64,000 bases of DNA from Deltaproteobacteria bacterium (GCA_012522415.1 JAAYKM010000047.1:2915-66914); one strand, 5' to 3'; positions 27,151 to 38,437 are shown, counted from the stretch's first letter. The notes: generated from the sequence alone by a model not told the origin. Numbers and translations are program-made.

Positions 27151-28416
27151 TTGAATATCGGAATTTTAACCATCGGTGACGAACTGACCAGCGGGCGTAT
27201 CCGGGATCTCAACTCCCCCTTGATCATCCGTGAGGCGGCCAGGATGGGATGGGTTGTCTCTTCCATTTTGTCCGTAGGGGATGAGATCTCCGCCATACAA
27301 CGGGCTATTAATTATTTTCCCGATCACTGCCGAGCCACGATCGTCACCGGTGGCCTCGGAGCCACCTCAGACGACATGACCACCGAGGCCATGGCGAGGA
27401 CATGGGGACGTCAATTGATCAGAAATGAACAGGTTCTTTCTGTATTGCGGGATCACGTATCCGCCCGCGGATTCCGATGGACGGAAAAGCATGCCCGCCA
27501 GGCTCAATTTCCCGAAGGAGCCGAACCTATCCCGAACCCCGTGGGCTCGGCCTGGGGGTTTTCGCTCACGCACCGGGATTGCCTGTTTATCGTGTTGCCC
27601 GGCGTACCCGAGGAAGCCGCGGTCATGATCACGGACCAGGTCCTGCCCCGTCTTCACCGGATTGACCCGTCACCGAATAACGTCATCCTGTCCAGAACCT
27701 TCAAGTGCTTCGGTATCTCCGAAAATGAAATCGAGGAAAAAATTCGTGCACTCATTCCCCATGACGAGATGACCCGGATCGGTTTCTATCCCCTCTTTCC
27801 CGAAGTACACCTCGTTCTGACGATCCGTAACGCGAATCAGAAACAGGCTAAAGAAAATCTGCGAAACTTTGAAACGGCCATAACCGACGTGTTGCAACCC
27901 CATCTTTTCGGCCGTGACCATGAAACTCTGGAGGGGGTGGTCGGCAACATGCTCAGGCAAAAGCGATTGGGCCTGGCCGTTGCCGAGTCCTGTACAGGGG
28001 GACTGATCACGGACCGACTTACGGACGTAGCCGGCAGCTCTGAATATCTGGAGCGCGGAGTCGTCAGCTACAGCAACGCCTCCAAGATCTCCCTTCTGAA
28101 GGTTCCCCGGCACATTTTAGTTGACCATGGTGCTGTGAGCGAATCCACGGCTCGATATATGGCTGAAGGGATCAGGACCGCCTCCGGCGTCCAACTGGGT
28201 CTCAGTACGACGGGCATTGCCGGCCCGGCAGGGGCTGTTCCGGGAAAACCCGTCGGAACCGTTTATATTGCCCTCGCTCATCCCGGGGGAACGGTTTGCC
28301 GACATTGTGTTTTCCCACGAGACAGGCGTAGAGTCAAAGTTGCCGCCACACACACGGCTCTGATGATGCTGCGGGAATACCTGAACACATCCCCGCCGGG
28401 TATCGGCAATCCATGA
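27151..28416 (+). CDS. cinA: CinA-family protein (MoCF-binding domain + nicotinamide-nucleotide amidase PncC domain)
   Basis: It starts at TTG 27151 (LNIGILTIGDELTSGRIRD...) after a GAGGGGGGAG RBS. The C-terminal CinA/PncC block is AESCTGGL...STTGIAGP. Confidence 0.9.
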   Translation: MNIGILTIGDELTSGRIRDLNSPLIIREAARMGWVVSSILSVGDEISAIQRAINYFPDHCRATIVTGGLGATSDDMTTEAMARTWGRQLIRNEQVLSVLRDHVSARGFRWTEKHARQAQFPEGAEPIPNPVGSAWGFSLTHRDCLFIVLPGVPEEAAVMITDQVLPRLHRIDPSPNNVILSRTFKCFGISENEIEEKIRALIPHDEMTRIGFYPLFPEVHLVLTIRNANQKQAKENLRNFETAITDVLQPHLFGRDHETLEGVVGNMLRQKRLGLAVAESCTGGLITDRLTDVAGSSEYLERGVVSYSNASKISLLKVPRHILVDHGAVSESTARYMAEGIRTASGVQLGLSTTGIAGPAGAVPGKPVGTVYIALAHPGGTVCRHCVFPRDRRRVKVAATHTALMMLREYLNTSPPGIGNP

Positions 28417-28432
28417 ACCGTGGAGAGAAGTC

Positions 28433-29032
28433 ATGACCTCAGAAAACATGATGCGGACTTTTGTTGCCCTCGCTCCCCCGAAGGATGTGCTGGAAAAAAT
28501 CATCGCCTTGCAGACGAGGCTGAAGAAAAAGATTCCCCACGGTATCCGCTGGGTCCACCCGGACGGCATACATCTGACTTTGAAATTCCTGGGGGATATT
28601 TTCCCTTCCCACCGGGACAGCATCGCATCCCTGTTATCCCTTGTTGTCAGCTCGCATTCTTGTTTTCCCCTTTCCGTAGGCCGTATTGGTGTTTTTCCAG
28701 GTATCGCGAGACCACGGGTCATGTGGGTGGGTATCGGCGGCCAGACCCGCCTTCTTGCTGCCCTGCAGCAGCATATCGAAGAGGCCTTGGAAAGCGTCGG
28801 ATTTCCAAAGGAAACCAGGCCTTTCCATGCTCACCTGACACTGGGCAGGATCAGGAACCCGGGGTCTTTTCCGAACCTGGGATCAATTATCGCGCAGGAA
28901 CAGAACTTCGACGCAGGAACATTCAACGCGCAAAAGCTCCTTTTCATCCAAAGCAATCTGACACCTACCGGAGCAATCTACACATGTCTGGCTTCCTTTC
29001 CCTTGTCAGCAAAACCGCTATCGGACCGATGA
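28433..29032 (+). CDS. thpR: RNA 2',3'-cyclic phosphodiesterase (2H phosphoesterase, LigT/ThpR)
   Basis: 199 aa with two HxTx motifs (HLTLKFLG and HAHLTLGR). Confidence 0.88.
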   Translation: MTSENMMRTFVALAPPKDVLEKIIALQTRLKKKIPHGIRWVHPDGIHLTLKFLGDIFPSHRDSIASLLSLVVSSHSCFPLSVGRIGVFPGIARPRVMWVGIGGQTRLLAALQQHIEEALESVGFPKETRPFHAHLTLGRIRNPGSFPNLGSIIAQEQNFDAGTFNAQKLLFIQSNLTPTGAIYTCLASFPLSAKPLSDR

Positions 29033-29318
29033 GGGACATTGTTTTTGATGGCAATTTTGCGGAAGAGTGATATAGGATCGGATAAACTAAAATGATTCTT
29101 TTTCTGAAATTCTTGAGTGCTCGTCAGCGCGAAAAGTTTTCTCGCCACACGCGGCACGGATGGACCTTCTCACGAAGAATCGTCGTATACGGCCAGTGGA
29201 TATCACGGCGCTCACCAATTGGGGAATGGATGATACCGGGGCTGTAACCGGGGGAAAGGATCCCCTTGACCAAAGCTGTCGGGGGATAAATCAATCACAA
29301 TCACGACGGGAGGAAACC

Positions 29319-30338
29319 ATGGCTTCGGATATGGACAAAGGCAAAGCGGTAGAACTGGCGATCGCCCAGATCGAAAGACAATTCGGCAAAGGTTCGATTA
29401 TGCGTCTGGGAGGCGCGGACAAGGTCGCGGATGTAGCCGTGATTCCGACGGGCTCCTTGAGTCTGGATCTCGCCCTGGGTGTCGGGGGTGTGCCCCGGGG
29501 AAGGATCATCGAAATTTTTGGGCCGGAATCCGGTGGAAAAACGACTCTGGCTCTTCATATCGTCGCGGAAGCTCAGAAACAAAAGGGCATCGCTGCTTTC
29601 ATTGATGCGGAACACGCGCTTGACGTCACCTATGCCAGAAAAATAGGCGTGAATACGGATGAATTGCTGATATCTCAACCCGATACAGGTGAACAGGCCC
29701 TGGAAATCGCCGAGACACTGGTGCGAAGTGGTGCGCTGGATGTCCTGGTAATCGATTCGGTCGCGGCCCTGGTCCCGAAAACCGAGCTGGAGGGAGAAAT
29801 GGGGGATGCCCAGATGGGTCTCCAGGCCAGGCTCATGTCCCAGGCCCTCCGTAAGCTGACCGGCAGCATCAATCGCTCGAGGACCACCGTCATCTTCATC
29901 AACCAGTTACGGATGAAAATCAGTGTTTTCTTTGGAAACCCCGAAACCACGACAGGCGGGAACGCTTTGAAATTCTATTCCACGATGCGCCTCGACATCC
30001 GCAAGACCACGACGATCAAGCAGGGGCAGGATATTGTCGGCATGCGGGCTCGAGTCAAGGTCGTCAAGAATAAACTGGCGCCACCATTCCGTGAAACGGA
30101 ATTCGACATCATCTTCGGGGAAGGCATTTCAAAGGAGGGGGACTTGATCGACCTCGCCGTGGATCAGAGCATCATGGAAAAGAGTGGTGCCTGGTACTCC
30201 TTCAAAGGAGAACGGATCGGACAGGGACGGGACAATTCAAAGCAATTCTTGAAGGAACATCCCGAGACAGCCGAGGCTATCGAGACGATTCTGCTCGACA
30301 AGCTGGGCTTGGGTGCATCGGGAGGCGATACGGTCTGA
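29319..30338 (+). CDS. recA: recombinase RecA
   Basis: The start is set at ATG 29319 ([31 protein letters not shown]) with GGGAGG upstream. It has Walker [10 protein letters not shown] and the L2 region. The longer ORF in the track is rejected. Confidence 0.97.
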   Translation: MASDMDKGKAVELAIAQIERQFGKGSIMRLGGADKVADVAVIPTGSLSLDLALGVGGVPRGRIIEIFGPESGGKTTLALHIVAEAQKQKGIAAFIDAEHALDVTYARKIGVNTDELLISQPDTGEQALEIAETLVRSGALDVLVIDSVAALVPKTELEGEMGDAQMGLQARLMSQALRKLTGSINRSRTTVIFINQLRMKISVFFGNPETTTGGNALKFYSTMRLDIRKTTTIKQGQDIVGMRARVKVVKNKLAPPFRETEFDIIFGEGISKEGDLIDLAVDQSIMEKSGAWYSFKGERIGQGRDNSKQFLKEHPETAEAIETILLDKLGLGASGGDTV

Positions 30339-30793
30339 AAGAGGATATTCCCCCCCTGGAAAAAGCCCGACGCCAGGCTTTCCGCCTTCTGTCCTTACGT
30401 GCCCGGAGTGAATCGGAGATTCGTGGCCGCCTGAAAGAAAAGTACGGCGCGCAGATCGCGGAAGACGTGACGCAGTATCTGAAAAGTACGGGTCTGCTCA
30501 ATGATGACGCCTTCGCCAGGGAACGGGCAAGACACCTGGCTGTCAATCGCGTCAGGGGCAATCGAGCAATCGAAGCCGACCTTCTCCGCAAGGGAATCGA
30601 CCGGACTCTGATCTTTGAGGCCATTCAGGCGGCGCGGGAAGAACTGAGCGAAGCGGCCGCCATCCGGACACTTCTGGAAAAACGAAAGCCGCCACTGTCC
30701 TCCACGAAAAGGGCCTGGAGGGAAAAAACAGGACGTTATCTTCTCTCGAAAGGTTTTCCTGCGGGAGTGATTTGCGAGATATTGAATGAGTAG
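30335..30793 (+). CDS. recX: recombination regulator RecX
   Basis: The RecX-like sequence ([27 protein letters not shown]...) begins well upstream of the GTG (30467) used by the ORF track. The open frame has no ATG, GTG or TTG there. CTG 30335 overlaps the recA stop (CTGA) and has GGGAGG 9 nt upstream. The start is uncertain. Confidence 0.75.
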   Translation: MKEDIPPLEKARRQAFRLLSLRARSESEIRGRLKEKYGAQIAEDVTQYLKSTGLLNDDAFARERARHLAVNRVRGNRAIEADLLRKGIDRTLIFEAIQAAREELSEAAAIRTLLEKRKPPLSSTKRAWREKTGRYLLSKGFPAGVICEILNE

Positions 30794-30854
30794 ATTTTTA
30801 TCGGATTCGCGATCCGGTGTTTGACAGCATGGCAAGAGGAGGTTTATCGCAGGC

Positions 30855-33488
30855 ATGATGACGGGGAGTGAGATCAGGGAGAGTTTTTTAAAATATTTCG
30901 AAGGGAAAGGCCATACCAGGGTCCCCAGCGGATCACTTGTCCCCAAGGACGATCCGACGCTCCTTTTTACCAATGCCGGCATGGTGCAGTTCAAGAACTG
31001 CTTTCTCGGTCTCGAAGACCGGGGCTACCGCCGGGCCACCTCTTCACAAAAGTGCGTCCGGGCCGGCGGCAAGCATAACGATCTGGAAAATGTGGGGGTG
31101 ACATCACGCCATCACACTTTTTTTGAAATGCTGGGAAATTTCTCGTTTGGCGACTATTTCAAGCAAGAAGCGATTGCCTGGGCCTGGGCGTATCTGACCG
31201 AGGTCCTTCAATTACCCAAGGATCGGCTCTGGATCACTATTTACAAAAACGACGATGAAGCCTTCAAGATCTGGCACGAGGAAATAGGAGTTCCCCTTGA
31301 GCGTATCGTCCGTATGGGTGAAAAAAGTAACTTCTGGATGATGGGCGACACGGGACCCTGCGGCCCCTGTTCGGAAATTCTATATGACCAGGGCAGAGAA
31401 GCGGGATGTGGCCGTCCAACCTGTGATGTACACTGCGACTGTGACCGCCATCTGGAAATTTGGAATCTCGTGTTTACCCAGTTTGATCGGGATTCCGCAG
31501 GTAATCTGACTCCTCTCCCGAACCCCAACATCGATACCGGCATGGGTTTGGAGCGCCTGACGGCGGTCATGCAGGGGGTGATGAGCAATTATGACACCGA
31601 TATGTTCCAGGATATCATCCGTTATATGGAAGAAATCAGCGGCAAGAGATACGGAACCGATGAAGAACAGGACGTTTCCATCCGGGTCATAGCCGATCAC
31701 AGCCGCGCCGTCACTTTTTTAATCGGGGATGGGATCCTGCCCTCCAACGAGGGGCGGGGATACGTACTCCGGAGGATTCTGAGACGCGCCGCCCGTCACG
31801 GCAAACTGATCGGTGTCCACCGGCCTTTCCTCCATGACGCGGCCGGGATCGTCATCAATGGTATGAAGGATGCCTACCCGGATCTCCTCGAAAAAACCAC
31901 CTACATCCGAAAGGTCATATTGAACGAAGAACAGCGCTTTGGGGAAACCCTGGGCAGCGGCCTGAAAATTCTTCAGGAAGAGATCGCTTCGCTGAAGACG
32001 TCGGGTACTTGGGTAATCCCCGGCGCCACAGTATTTAAGCTCTACGATACCTATGGTTTTCCGACGGATCTTACGGAGGACATCGTCCGTAAGGACGGAT
32101 TTTCCCTGGACATGGCGGGCTTCACCCAAGCCATGGCCCGCCAGCGGGAAAAGGCCCGGGAATCATGGAAGGGCAGCGGCGAAGAGGCCGTTTCCGAAAT
32201 CTATCAGAAGCTCGCCGTCGAGGGGATCAGCACGCGGTTCGTGGGATACGAGGGCAGGGTCCATGGCGCCACGCCCGTCTTGGCGATACTCAAAAACGGG
32301 CGGAAAATTGACGTCCTCCAGCAAGGAGAAACGGGGGAAATCATTTTGGGCGAAACACCATTTTACGGAGAAACCGGCGGCCAAGTCGGCGATACAGGTA
32401 CCATGGAAGGCCAGGATTCCGTTTTCGATGTTTTGGATGCGAAACGTCCGCTTCCGGACCTGATCAGCCATGTCGGTGAAGTGAAAAAAGGCACGATCCG
32501 GGTTGGTGACACCCTGCATCTCCGAGTGGACGACGAACTGAGGCGTGCCACGGAGGCGAATCATTCGGGGACCCACATTCTCCAAGCGGCACTCAAAGCG
32601 GTACTGGGGGACCACATCAAGCAATCGGGTTCACTCGTGACCCCGGATCGCCTTCGATTCGATTTCACCCATTTTTCAAGAATCGAGGATGAGGATCTGG
32701 CCCGGGTCGAACGGCTCTGTAATCGGATCATCCGCAGAAACCTTCCCGTGGGGACAACGGTCATGGCACTGGATGAAGCGGTCAGGGCTGGAGCCACCGC
32801 TGTTTTTGACGAAAAATATACGAACGAAGTCCGGGTGGTCAGCATGGGTGATGTCAGCATGGAACTCTGTGGCGGCACCCATGTCAGCCGAACGGGGGAT
32901 ATCGGCCTGCTCAAAATTATCCACGAATCAGCCATTGCAGCCGGGGTCCGGCGTATTGAAGCCCTTACGGGCAGAGAAGCGATTCGTCATGTCCAGAAAA
33001 TGGAAGAAGAATTGAAGAAGACGGCGGGAATACTGCGGACGTCGCCGTTGGAAACGGCCGATAAGGCGGAGAAAATGCTTCGCTATCAAAAAGACATGGA
33101 ACGGGAAATCGAGACCCTGAAGGAAAAAATGGCCGTCCGCGATTCGTCGGATCTGACGACCCAAACAAAGAACATTAAAGGTATTCCGGTCCTCACCTCC
33201 GTCGTGGACGCCCCGGACGCGAAAAGATTAAGAGATTTCGGAGACAAACTGCGCGATCGCATGTCTTCCGGGATCATCCTCCTGGGGTGCGTGGCCGATG
33301 GGAAGGCGATGCTTTTGTGCATCGTAACGAAGGATCTGTCCGCCCGCTATCATGCGGGAAACTTGATCAAGGAAATCGCGCCCCTCGTCGGGGGAAGCGG
33401 CGGTGGACGGCCCGATATGGCTCAGGCGGGAGGAACGAAACCGGAAAACCTCAGGGAGGCACTGTTGAAACTGGAACAATTGATTTGA
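30855..33488 (+). CDS. alaS: alanine--tRNA ligase
   Basis: 877 aa with the class II core (FTNAGMVQFK, HHTFFEMLGNFSFGDYFK), the editing-domain HSGTH..CGGTH motif and a C-terminal DHHA1-like GGGGRPDMAQAGG. Confidence 0.97.
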   Translation: MMTGSEIRESFLKYFEGKGHTRVPSGSLVPKDDPTLLFTNAGMVQFKNCFLGLEDRGYRRATSSQKCVRAGGKHNDLENVGVTSRHHTFFEMLGNFSFGDYFKQEAIAWAWAYLTEVLQLPKDRLWITIYKNDDEAFKIWHEEIGVPLERIVRMGEKSNFWMMGDTGPCGPCSEILYDQGREAGCGRPTCDVHCDCDRHLEIWNLVFTQFDRDSAGNLTPLPNPNIDTGMGLERLTAVMQGVMSNYDTDMFQDIIRYMEEISGKRYGTDEEQDVSIRVIADHSRAVTFLIGDGILPSNEGRGYVLRRILRRAARHGKLIGVHRPFLHDAAGIVINGMKDAYPDLLEKTTYIRKVILNEEQRFGETLGSGLKILQEEIASLKTSGTWVIPGATVFKLYDTYGFPTDLTEDIVRKDGFSLDMAGFTQAMARQREKARESWKGSGEEAVSEIYQKLAVEGISTRFVGYEGRVHGATPVLAILKNGRKIDVLQQGETGEIILGETPFYGETGGQVGDTGTMEGQDSVFDVLDAKRPLPDLISHVGEVKKGTIRVGDTLHLRVDDELRRATEANHSGTHILQAALKAVLGDHIKQSGSLVTPDRLRFDFTHFSRIEDEDLARVERLCNRIIRRNLPVGTTVMALDEAVRAGATAVFDEKYTNEVRVVSMGDVSMELCGGTHVSRTGDIGLLKIIHESAIAAGVRRIEALTGREAIRHVQKMEEELKKTAGILRTSPLETADKAEKMLRYQKDMEREIETLKEKMAVRDSSDLTTQTKNIKGIPVLTSVVDAPDAKRLRDFGDKLRDRMSSGIILLGCVADGKAMLLCIVTKDLSARYHAGNLIKEIAPLVGGSGGGRPDMAQAGGTKPENLREALLKLEQLI

Positions 33489-33564
33489 TCCGGCCGGGCC
33501 TCCTCAGTAATAGATAGCCGGGATCTTGTACTATTTTTGAACGCATCAATCGGCAGGAGAAGGC

Positions 33565-33840
33565 ATGTTTGAACCCTTGTGGACGACCAGCATATCCATT
33601 CCTCTTTTCCAGCTCATGCTGGTCCTCGTCATAGGCACATTGACCCTGGTGATCGGCAAGGTGAAGTTGTCCCTGGTTGTTTATTGCACCGGCATTCTAT
33701 ACTGGGCATACTTTCGCAATCCCGGCTTGAAATCCGCTGAGGGAACATTCCAAATGGACGCTTTTAGCATCTTTCTTCTTGGCATCGGCGTGGTCATCCT
33801 GTTTCTCACCCTGATCGGATTGCTGACGCATCAGGATTAA
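33565..33840 (+). CDS. small hypothetical membrane protein (about 3 TM segments)
   Basis: 91 aa, strongly hydrophobic, with a GGAGAAGG RBS upstream of the ATG. I recognise no family. Confidence 0.5.
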   Translation: MFEPLWTTSISIPLFQLMLVLVIGTLTLVIGKVKLSLVVYCTGILYWAYFRNPGLKSAEGTFQMDAFSIFLLGIGVVILFLTLIGLLTHQD

Positions 33841-33856
33841 AACGACCCGGTCTGCC

Positions 33857-36832
33857 TTAAATCAAGGTTTCAATCTCCAACGGGGGATCGAGGACGCTGT
33901 TTGCCTGCTTCATCCTTTCTCCTCCCGCATAGACCGCCACGGCAGCCTTGTTTTTGACCCGGTCCAGGTATTTCAGGCCCCCCTTGCTCAACGCCTCATG
34001 ATTCATGGACAGAACAGCCCGGCGAAATTTTTGTCTCTCCTCATCGGTCAAACCCGAAAAATACCGGACCATTGCGGCGAAACCACGTCCGACAGGATCC
34101 ATGGGACGGTCCAGGGCTCCGATGGAACCGATCACGGCCTTTTGAATTTCCTCCTCTGAAAGCCCCCTCTGGTTCGCAAATCGCAGGGCTTCTTCATAGA
34201 CTGTGAGCGTTCTTTCCAGATGCGGATCCCGGTAAGACAAAAATGAAAACAGGCCGCATGTGGGGTCATACTGGCACATCCCTCCGTATGCCCCCCCTTC
34301 GACCCGGATCTTTTTATAGAGGTACCCGTTCGAGAGCAGTCTGGACAACACGAACAGCGGCGCCGCAAGATCACTCCCGTAGGTCGGCGCGGGGAAGGAT
34401 TCGGCCACGTAGGACACCTGGGCCGGAATCGCGATCCCCATGCGGCGCGAAAATCCGTGCAATGACGGTTCACGGGCAGGCGACACAGAGCCGGACAATC
34501 CGACAAGAACAGAGCCCAAAGCCTCTTCGGCCAATTGGAGGCCGGCCTCATCGGCGGTCAAATTTAAAACGAGTCCCTTTCTTTGAATAACCCTCTGTCT
34601 CAGATCAGCAATGTCGGTGGGAAACTTTGCCATGTTCGCTTCCCATTTTTCAGCCAGAGCGTTAACATACAGGAGCTGGCTGCGCCCATGCCACTGCTCC
34701 TCCCGATACGCGGGGAGACTCAGGGACGCGGCGGCCGATCTCTTCGCAAAGATATGCCCCGAAGGCACGACGGCAGCGTGCAGGTTGTTTCTGCCTTCGA
34801 AAACCAGCTCCTTCATTCTGGTCATTTCGGACAGGTTTCCTCGAAACAGAATATCCTCCAGAATGCTCATGGCATCAGGAATATTCCTATAGAGCATCCG
34901 CATGTGGACGATCATTCTCTGCCATGTATCCTGTCCGCCCACGCAGAGCCCGGATGCCAGGTGAATCCCGATACCTCCGGTTTTCAGGGCAATGCGTTTG
35001 GACAGCTCGGCGTATGATGACGTCCCCGCTCCCAGTCCCGTCATCAATTTGCACAACAGGGGCAGGCAGGGTTGCAGTTCATCCGGGATATGAGAGATAT
35101 CAAAGGCCATATGGAGATAGGCAATCCCATTTGTGAACAGGTCATGCGATAAGATAGTCAGATCATTCCGTATTTCCGTCTGTGAGGGGATGACATCGAT
35201 CTCCGGCGAAAGATCACCGACACCAATAACGGGGAGACTTGCCATCGTCTCGGGTGAATCGGCTTCAGTCTGAAACCGCCTGAGACGTGCGGCATCTGCG
35301 GCAACGGCCCTGCGGTCTGATGGCTCCAATTCCGCGGCGATGGCATTCAGTTGATTTCGGTATTTTGCCTCCTGTTCACCTTGGTAGGTCCTGCTTGGTT
35401 TCATCACAGAAAGAAGACGATGGGGATTTTCGAGAAACCACTGTCGAAGGACCCTCTGAAAGAGATCCGGTTCCCCTTGCCAACGCTGACGAATGTCGTC
35501 GATGAGTACAGGGAAATTGAGTCCCGCCAGGGGGTCTCCATCGTAAAGCCAAGTATGGAAAACGCGACCCATCAGGGCGATACCATACGGATAAACTCCG
35601 CGTCGAATCTCCTTGCCATGAAATTCGACCTGGTGCAGTGCACCCTCGATCAAGTCTCGTTCGAATCCCGTTTCCACCAGTTGGGTGAGTATGTCCAGCA
35701 CCAGAGTTTCGATCACAGGCGCCCGGTCGCTTTCCGTCCCCCGCAGGCCGACAACAAAGGCCAACTGCCGGAAGTCTTTCTCCAAACCCGTCACGGGGGA
35801 AAGATCTTCACCCAAACCGGAATCCACAAGCGCTTTACGCAAAGGACCGGCGGCACTGCCGACCAAAGCCCAGGAAACGATCTCCAGCAAAATAACCGTT
35901 TCATAATCAAGATTTTCAGCAAGCATCCAGGCCATATTGACCACGGTTTTTGCCTGCAGGTTCTCATCAATTCCGATGGGATAAAAACCCGATACCGACC
36001 GCGGCGCAGCCCAACGTTTTTGGGCTTCGATACGGGACTCCACAGGTATCTCAGAAAAACCATGGAGCATCTCCTGGAGGAAATCAAGACAATCCCGGGT
36101 GCTAATGTCCCCATACAGGAAGAAACGGGCGTTGGAAGGAGAATAATAGGCCCGGTGAAAAGCCAGGAACTTTTCATAAGTCAATGTAGGGATGATATGG
36201 GACGCCCCCCCTGAATCGTTTCGGTAAACCGTGTCGGGGTAGAGATTCTCCTGGATGGCCTTGTACATCAGCGAATCGGGTGAAGAATAGGCGCCTTTCA
36301 TTTCATTGTAAACAACACCCGAAATCAAGAGTTCGCTGTTTACGTTATCCGGATCGGAGAATTCCAGGTGGTGCCCTTCCTGGAGGAAGGTTTCCCGGAG
36401 CAAACGGGGATGCAAAACCAGGTCCGTATAAACCCGTGCCAAATTGAAGAAGTCCTTGCGAACCTGACTGGCTACGGGATAGATGGTCTTGTCCGGATAA
36501 GTGAAGGCATTGATAAAGGTCTGCAGAGATCCGCGGTGTAATTCATTGAATGCATCCTTCAGGGGATACTTTTCAGAGCCGGCCAGTACGGAATGCTCCA
36601 GAATGTGGGGCAATCCCGTCGAATCCGAAGGCGGCGTACGGAAACAGACAGCATAGAGGTTTTCAGGATCGACGTTATGTAGATGAAGGATCCTGGCCTT
36701 CGTCGGCAAGTGCATGATTTCATAAACTGTTTGGCGAATTTCGGGAAGACACGCGACCCGTATGATCTCGAAATCCAAATATTTATCACCCGCGATAAAA
36801 CCCGGATCGGGACAGCTTGGCGACTGCGCCAT
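33857..36832 (-). CDS. M16C-family metalloprotease (PreP/presequence-protease-like)
   Basis: About 991 aa with the HILEHSVLAGS (HxxEH) zinc motif and a four-domain length typical of M16C. The start is set at ATG 36832 (MAQSPS...) because AAGGAG lies 7-8 nt upstream. Confidence 0.85.
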   Translation of the reverse strand: MAQSPSCPDPGFIAGDKYLDFEIIRVACLPEIRQTVYEIMHLPTKARILHLHNVDPENLYAVCFRTPPSDSTGLPHILEHSVLAGSEKYPLKDAFNELHRGSLQTFINAFTYPDKTIYPVASQVRKDFFNLARVYTDLVLHPRLLRETFLQEGHHLEFSDPDNVNSELLISGVVYNEMKGAYSSPDSLMYKAIQENLYPDTVYRNDSGGASHIIPTLTYEKFLAFHRAYYSPSNARFFLYGDISTRDCLDFLQEMLHGFSEIPVESRIEAQKRWAAPRSVSGFYPIGIDENLQAKTVVNMAWMLAENLDYETVILLEIVSWALVGSAAGPLRKALVDSGLGEDLSPVTGLEKDFRQLAFVVGLRGTESDRAPVIETLVLDILTQLVETGFERDLIEGALHQVEFHGKEIRRGVYPYGIALMGRVFHTWLYDGDPLAGLNFPVLIDDIRQRWQGEPDLFQRVLRQWFLENPHRLLSVMKPSRTYQGEQEAKYRNQLNAIAAELEPSDRRAVAADAARLRRFQTEADSPETMASLPVIGVGDLSPEIDVIPSQTEIRNDLTILSHDLFTNGIAYLHMAFDISHIPDELQPCLPLLCKLMTGLGAGTSSYAELSKRIALKTGGIGIHLASGLCVGGQDTWQRMIVHMRMLYRNIPDAMSILEDILFRGNLSEMTRMKELVFEGRNNLHAAVVPSGHIFAKRSAAASLSLPAYREEQWHGRSQLLYVNALAEKWEANMAKFPTDIADLRQRVIQRKGLVLNLTADEAGLQLAEEALGSVLVGLSGSVSPAREPSLHGFSRRMGIAIPAQVSYVAESFPAPTYGSDLAAPLFVLSRLLSNGYLYKKIRVEGGAYGGMCQYDPTCGLFSFLSYRDPHLERTLTVYEEALRFANQRGLSEEEIQKAVIGSIGALDRPMDPVGRGFAAMVRYFSGLTDEERQKFRRAVLSMNHEALSKGGLKYLDRVKNKAAVAVYAGGERMKQANSVLDPPLEIETLI

Positions 36833-36982
36833 ATTTTTCTCCTTGCACGACATTCAAGAGGGATCAAGTTTTATCCGTCCTCCCTGACACCATCAAGATG
36901 AGGGGAACGGAATCGCACCGTTCCCCTTTCCGATACATCAGATCGGCCATCCACGGAATGGAAAGCCTGGAGGTATACCTTG

Positions 36983-38437
36983 TCAGGGCTGCTTTTCCAC
37001 CGGCAGGGTAAGCGGCACAAAGAAGAAATGATCATTTCTTCTGATGCGGAACAGATAAGCACCCTCTTGCGACTTCCGGGACAAAATATCGACATAATTT
37101 TCAAGTGTCACAATTTTTTGCCTGTTGATTTCGAGAATGATGTCCTGGGGCCTCAACCCCGCCTCATCCGCGGCACCGCCGTCAAAAACCTCCGCAATGA
37201 TCACACCGTCCTTGGCAGGTAGTTTGAAATGCCGCATCATCTCCGGCGTTATTTCCTGAACCGTCATGCCGAAGGTCTCCGAAACGAGATCCCCACCGTT
37301 GACGGTTTTACCGTCTTTTCTCTCGGCAATGAGGACCGGCAGCACTTTGGCCTTACCATCACGCCAAATCCGGACATTGACCCGCTTCCCGACGGACAAC
37401 CCGGAAACGGTCATGAGCAGATCCCGCACATCGGCAATCGCCTTTCCATCGATGTCCAGAATCACATCCCCCGCCTTGATCCCCGCTTTATCGGCAGGCT
37501 CTCCTTCAAAGGCGTGACTGACCAAGGCTCCTTTGGGAGAGTTGAGCTGCAGATTCTTGGCAAGGTCTTCCGTCACATCCTGGGCTGAAACACCCAGCCA
37601 TCCCCGGGTAACATAACCCTTTCCCTTGAGATCGGACAAAAGCGCTTTGGCCATGTTGATAGGAATGGCAAAACCGATCCCCTGCCCCTGTGCAACAATG
37701 GCCGTATTGATACCAACGACCTCACCCTTCAGGTTGAACAGGGGGCCGCCGCTGTTGCCCGGGTTAATCGACGCATCCGTCTGGAGAAAGTTATCATAGG
37801 GACCAGATCCAATGACACGTCCCTTTGCGCTGATAATTCCAACCGTCACCGTATGATCCAGGCCAAAGGGATTTCCAATGGCAAAAACCCAGTCACCGGT
37901 GCGGATTTGATCGGAATCGCCAAAACTCACTGCCGTTAAAGGCGATGACGAATTGATTTTGATAAGGGCAATGTCCGTATTGGCGTCTTTCCCCTTAACT
38001 TCCCCGTCATATTCCCTTCCATCGGCCAATTTGACCCGGATTTTTTCAGCCCTCTCCACAACGTGGTTGTTGGTAAAAATATAACCGTCGGAGCTGATAA
38101 TAAAACCCGACCCGAGGCTGTTCCGTTTGTACTCCCGTTCCGGGATATCACCAAAGAACCGCCGGAAGAAATCATCGTTCCCGAAGGGACCGAAAGGCAA
38201 TCTCCCGCCTGGCAAACGCGGGGTTGTCATGATCTTCGTCGTGCTGATGTTCACAACGGCGGGACTCAGCCTCTCCGATAGATCAGCAAACGACGGCAGC
38301 ACCGCTCCCGACGGGGGCGGGGCCGCTGCCACAGGAATCCATAAAAGACACACAAAAGAAAAAATCAAGAACAAGCTCGCCATGTGATGGCAGACCGGCC
38401 GGCCTTTTCTGTCGGCACTTTTAACATACCTTGCCAT
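36983..38437 (-). CDS. Do-family periplasmic serine protease HtrA/DegP (two PDZ domains)
   Basis: 484 aa with the catalytic triad context (TNNHVV, DIALIK, GNSGGPL) and two PDZ-like regions. AGGAGG lies 8 nt upstream of ATG 38437. Confidence 0.92.
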   Translation of the reverse strand: MARYVKSADRKGRPVCHHMASLFLIFSFVCLLWIPVAAAPPPSGAVLPSFADLSERLSPAVVNISTTKIMTTPRLPGGRLPFGPFGNDDFFRRFFGDIPEREYKRNSLGSGFIISSDGYIFTNNHVVERAEKIRVKLADGREYDGEVKGKDANTDIALIKINSSSPLTAVSFGDSDQIRTGDWVFAIGNPFGLDHTVTVGIISAKGRVIGSGPYDNFLQTDASINPGNSGGPLFNLKGEVVGINTAIVAQGQGIGFAIPINMAKALLSDLKGKGYVTRGWLGVSAQDVTEDLAKNLQLNSPKGALVSHAFEGEPADKAGIKAGDVILDIDGKAIADVRDLLMTVSGLSVGKRVNVRIWRDGKAKVLPVLIAERKDGKTVNGGDLVSETFGMTVQEITPEMMRHFKLPAKDGVIIAEVFDGGAADEAGLRPQDIILEINRQKIVTLENYVDILSRKSQEGAYLFRIRRNDHFFFVPLTLPVEKQP

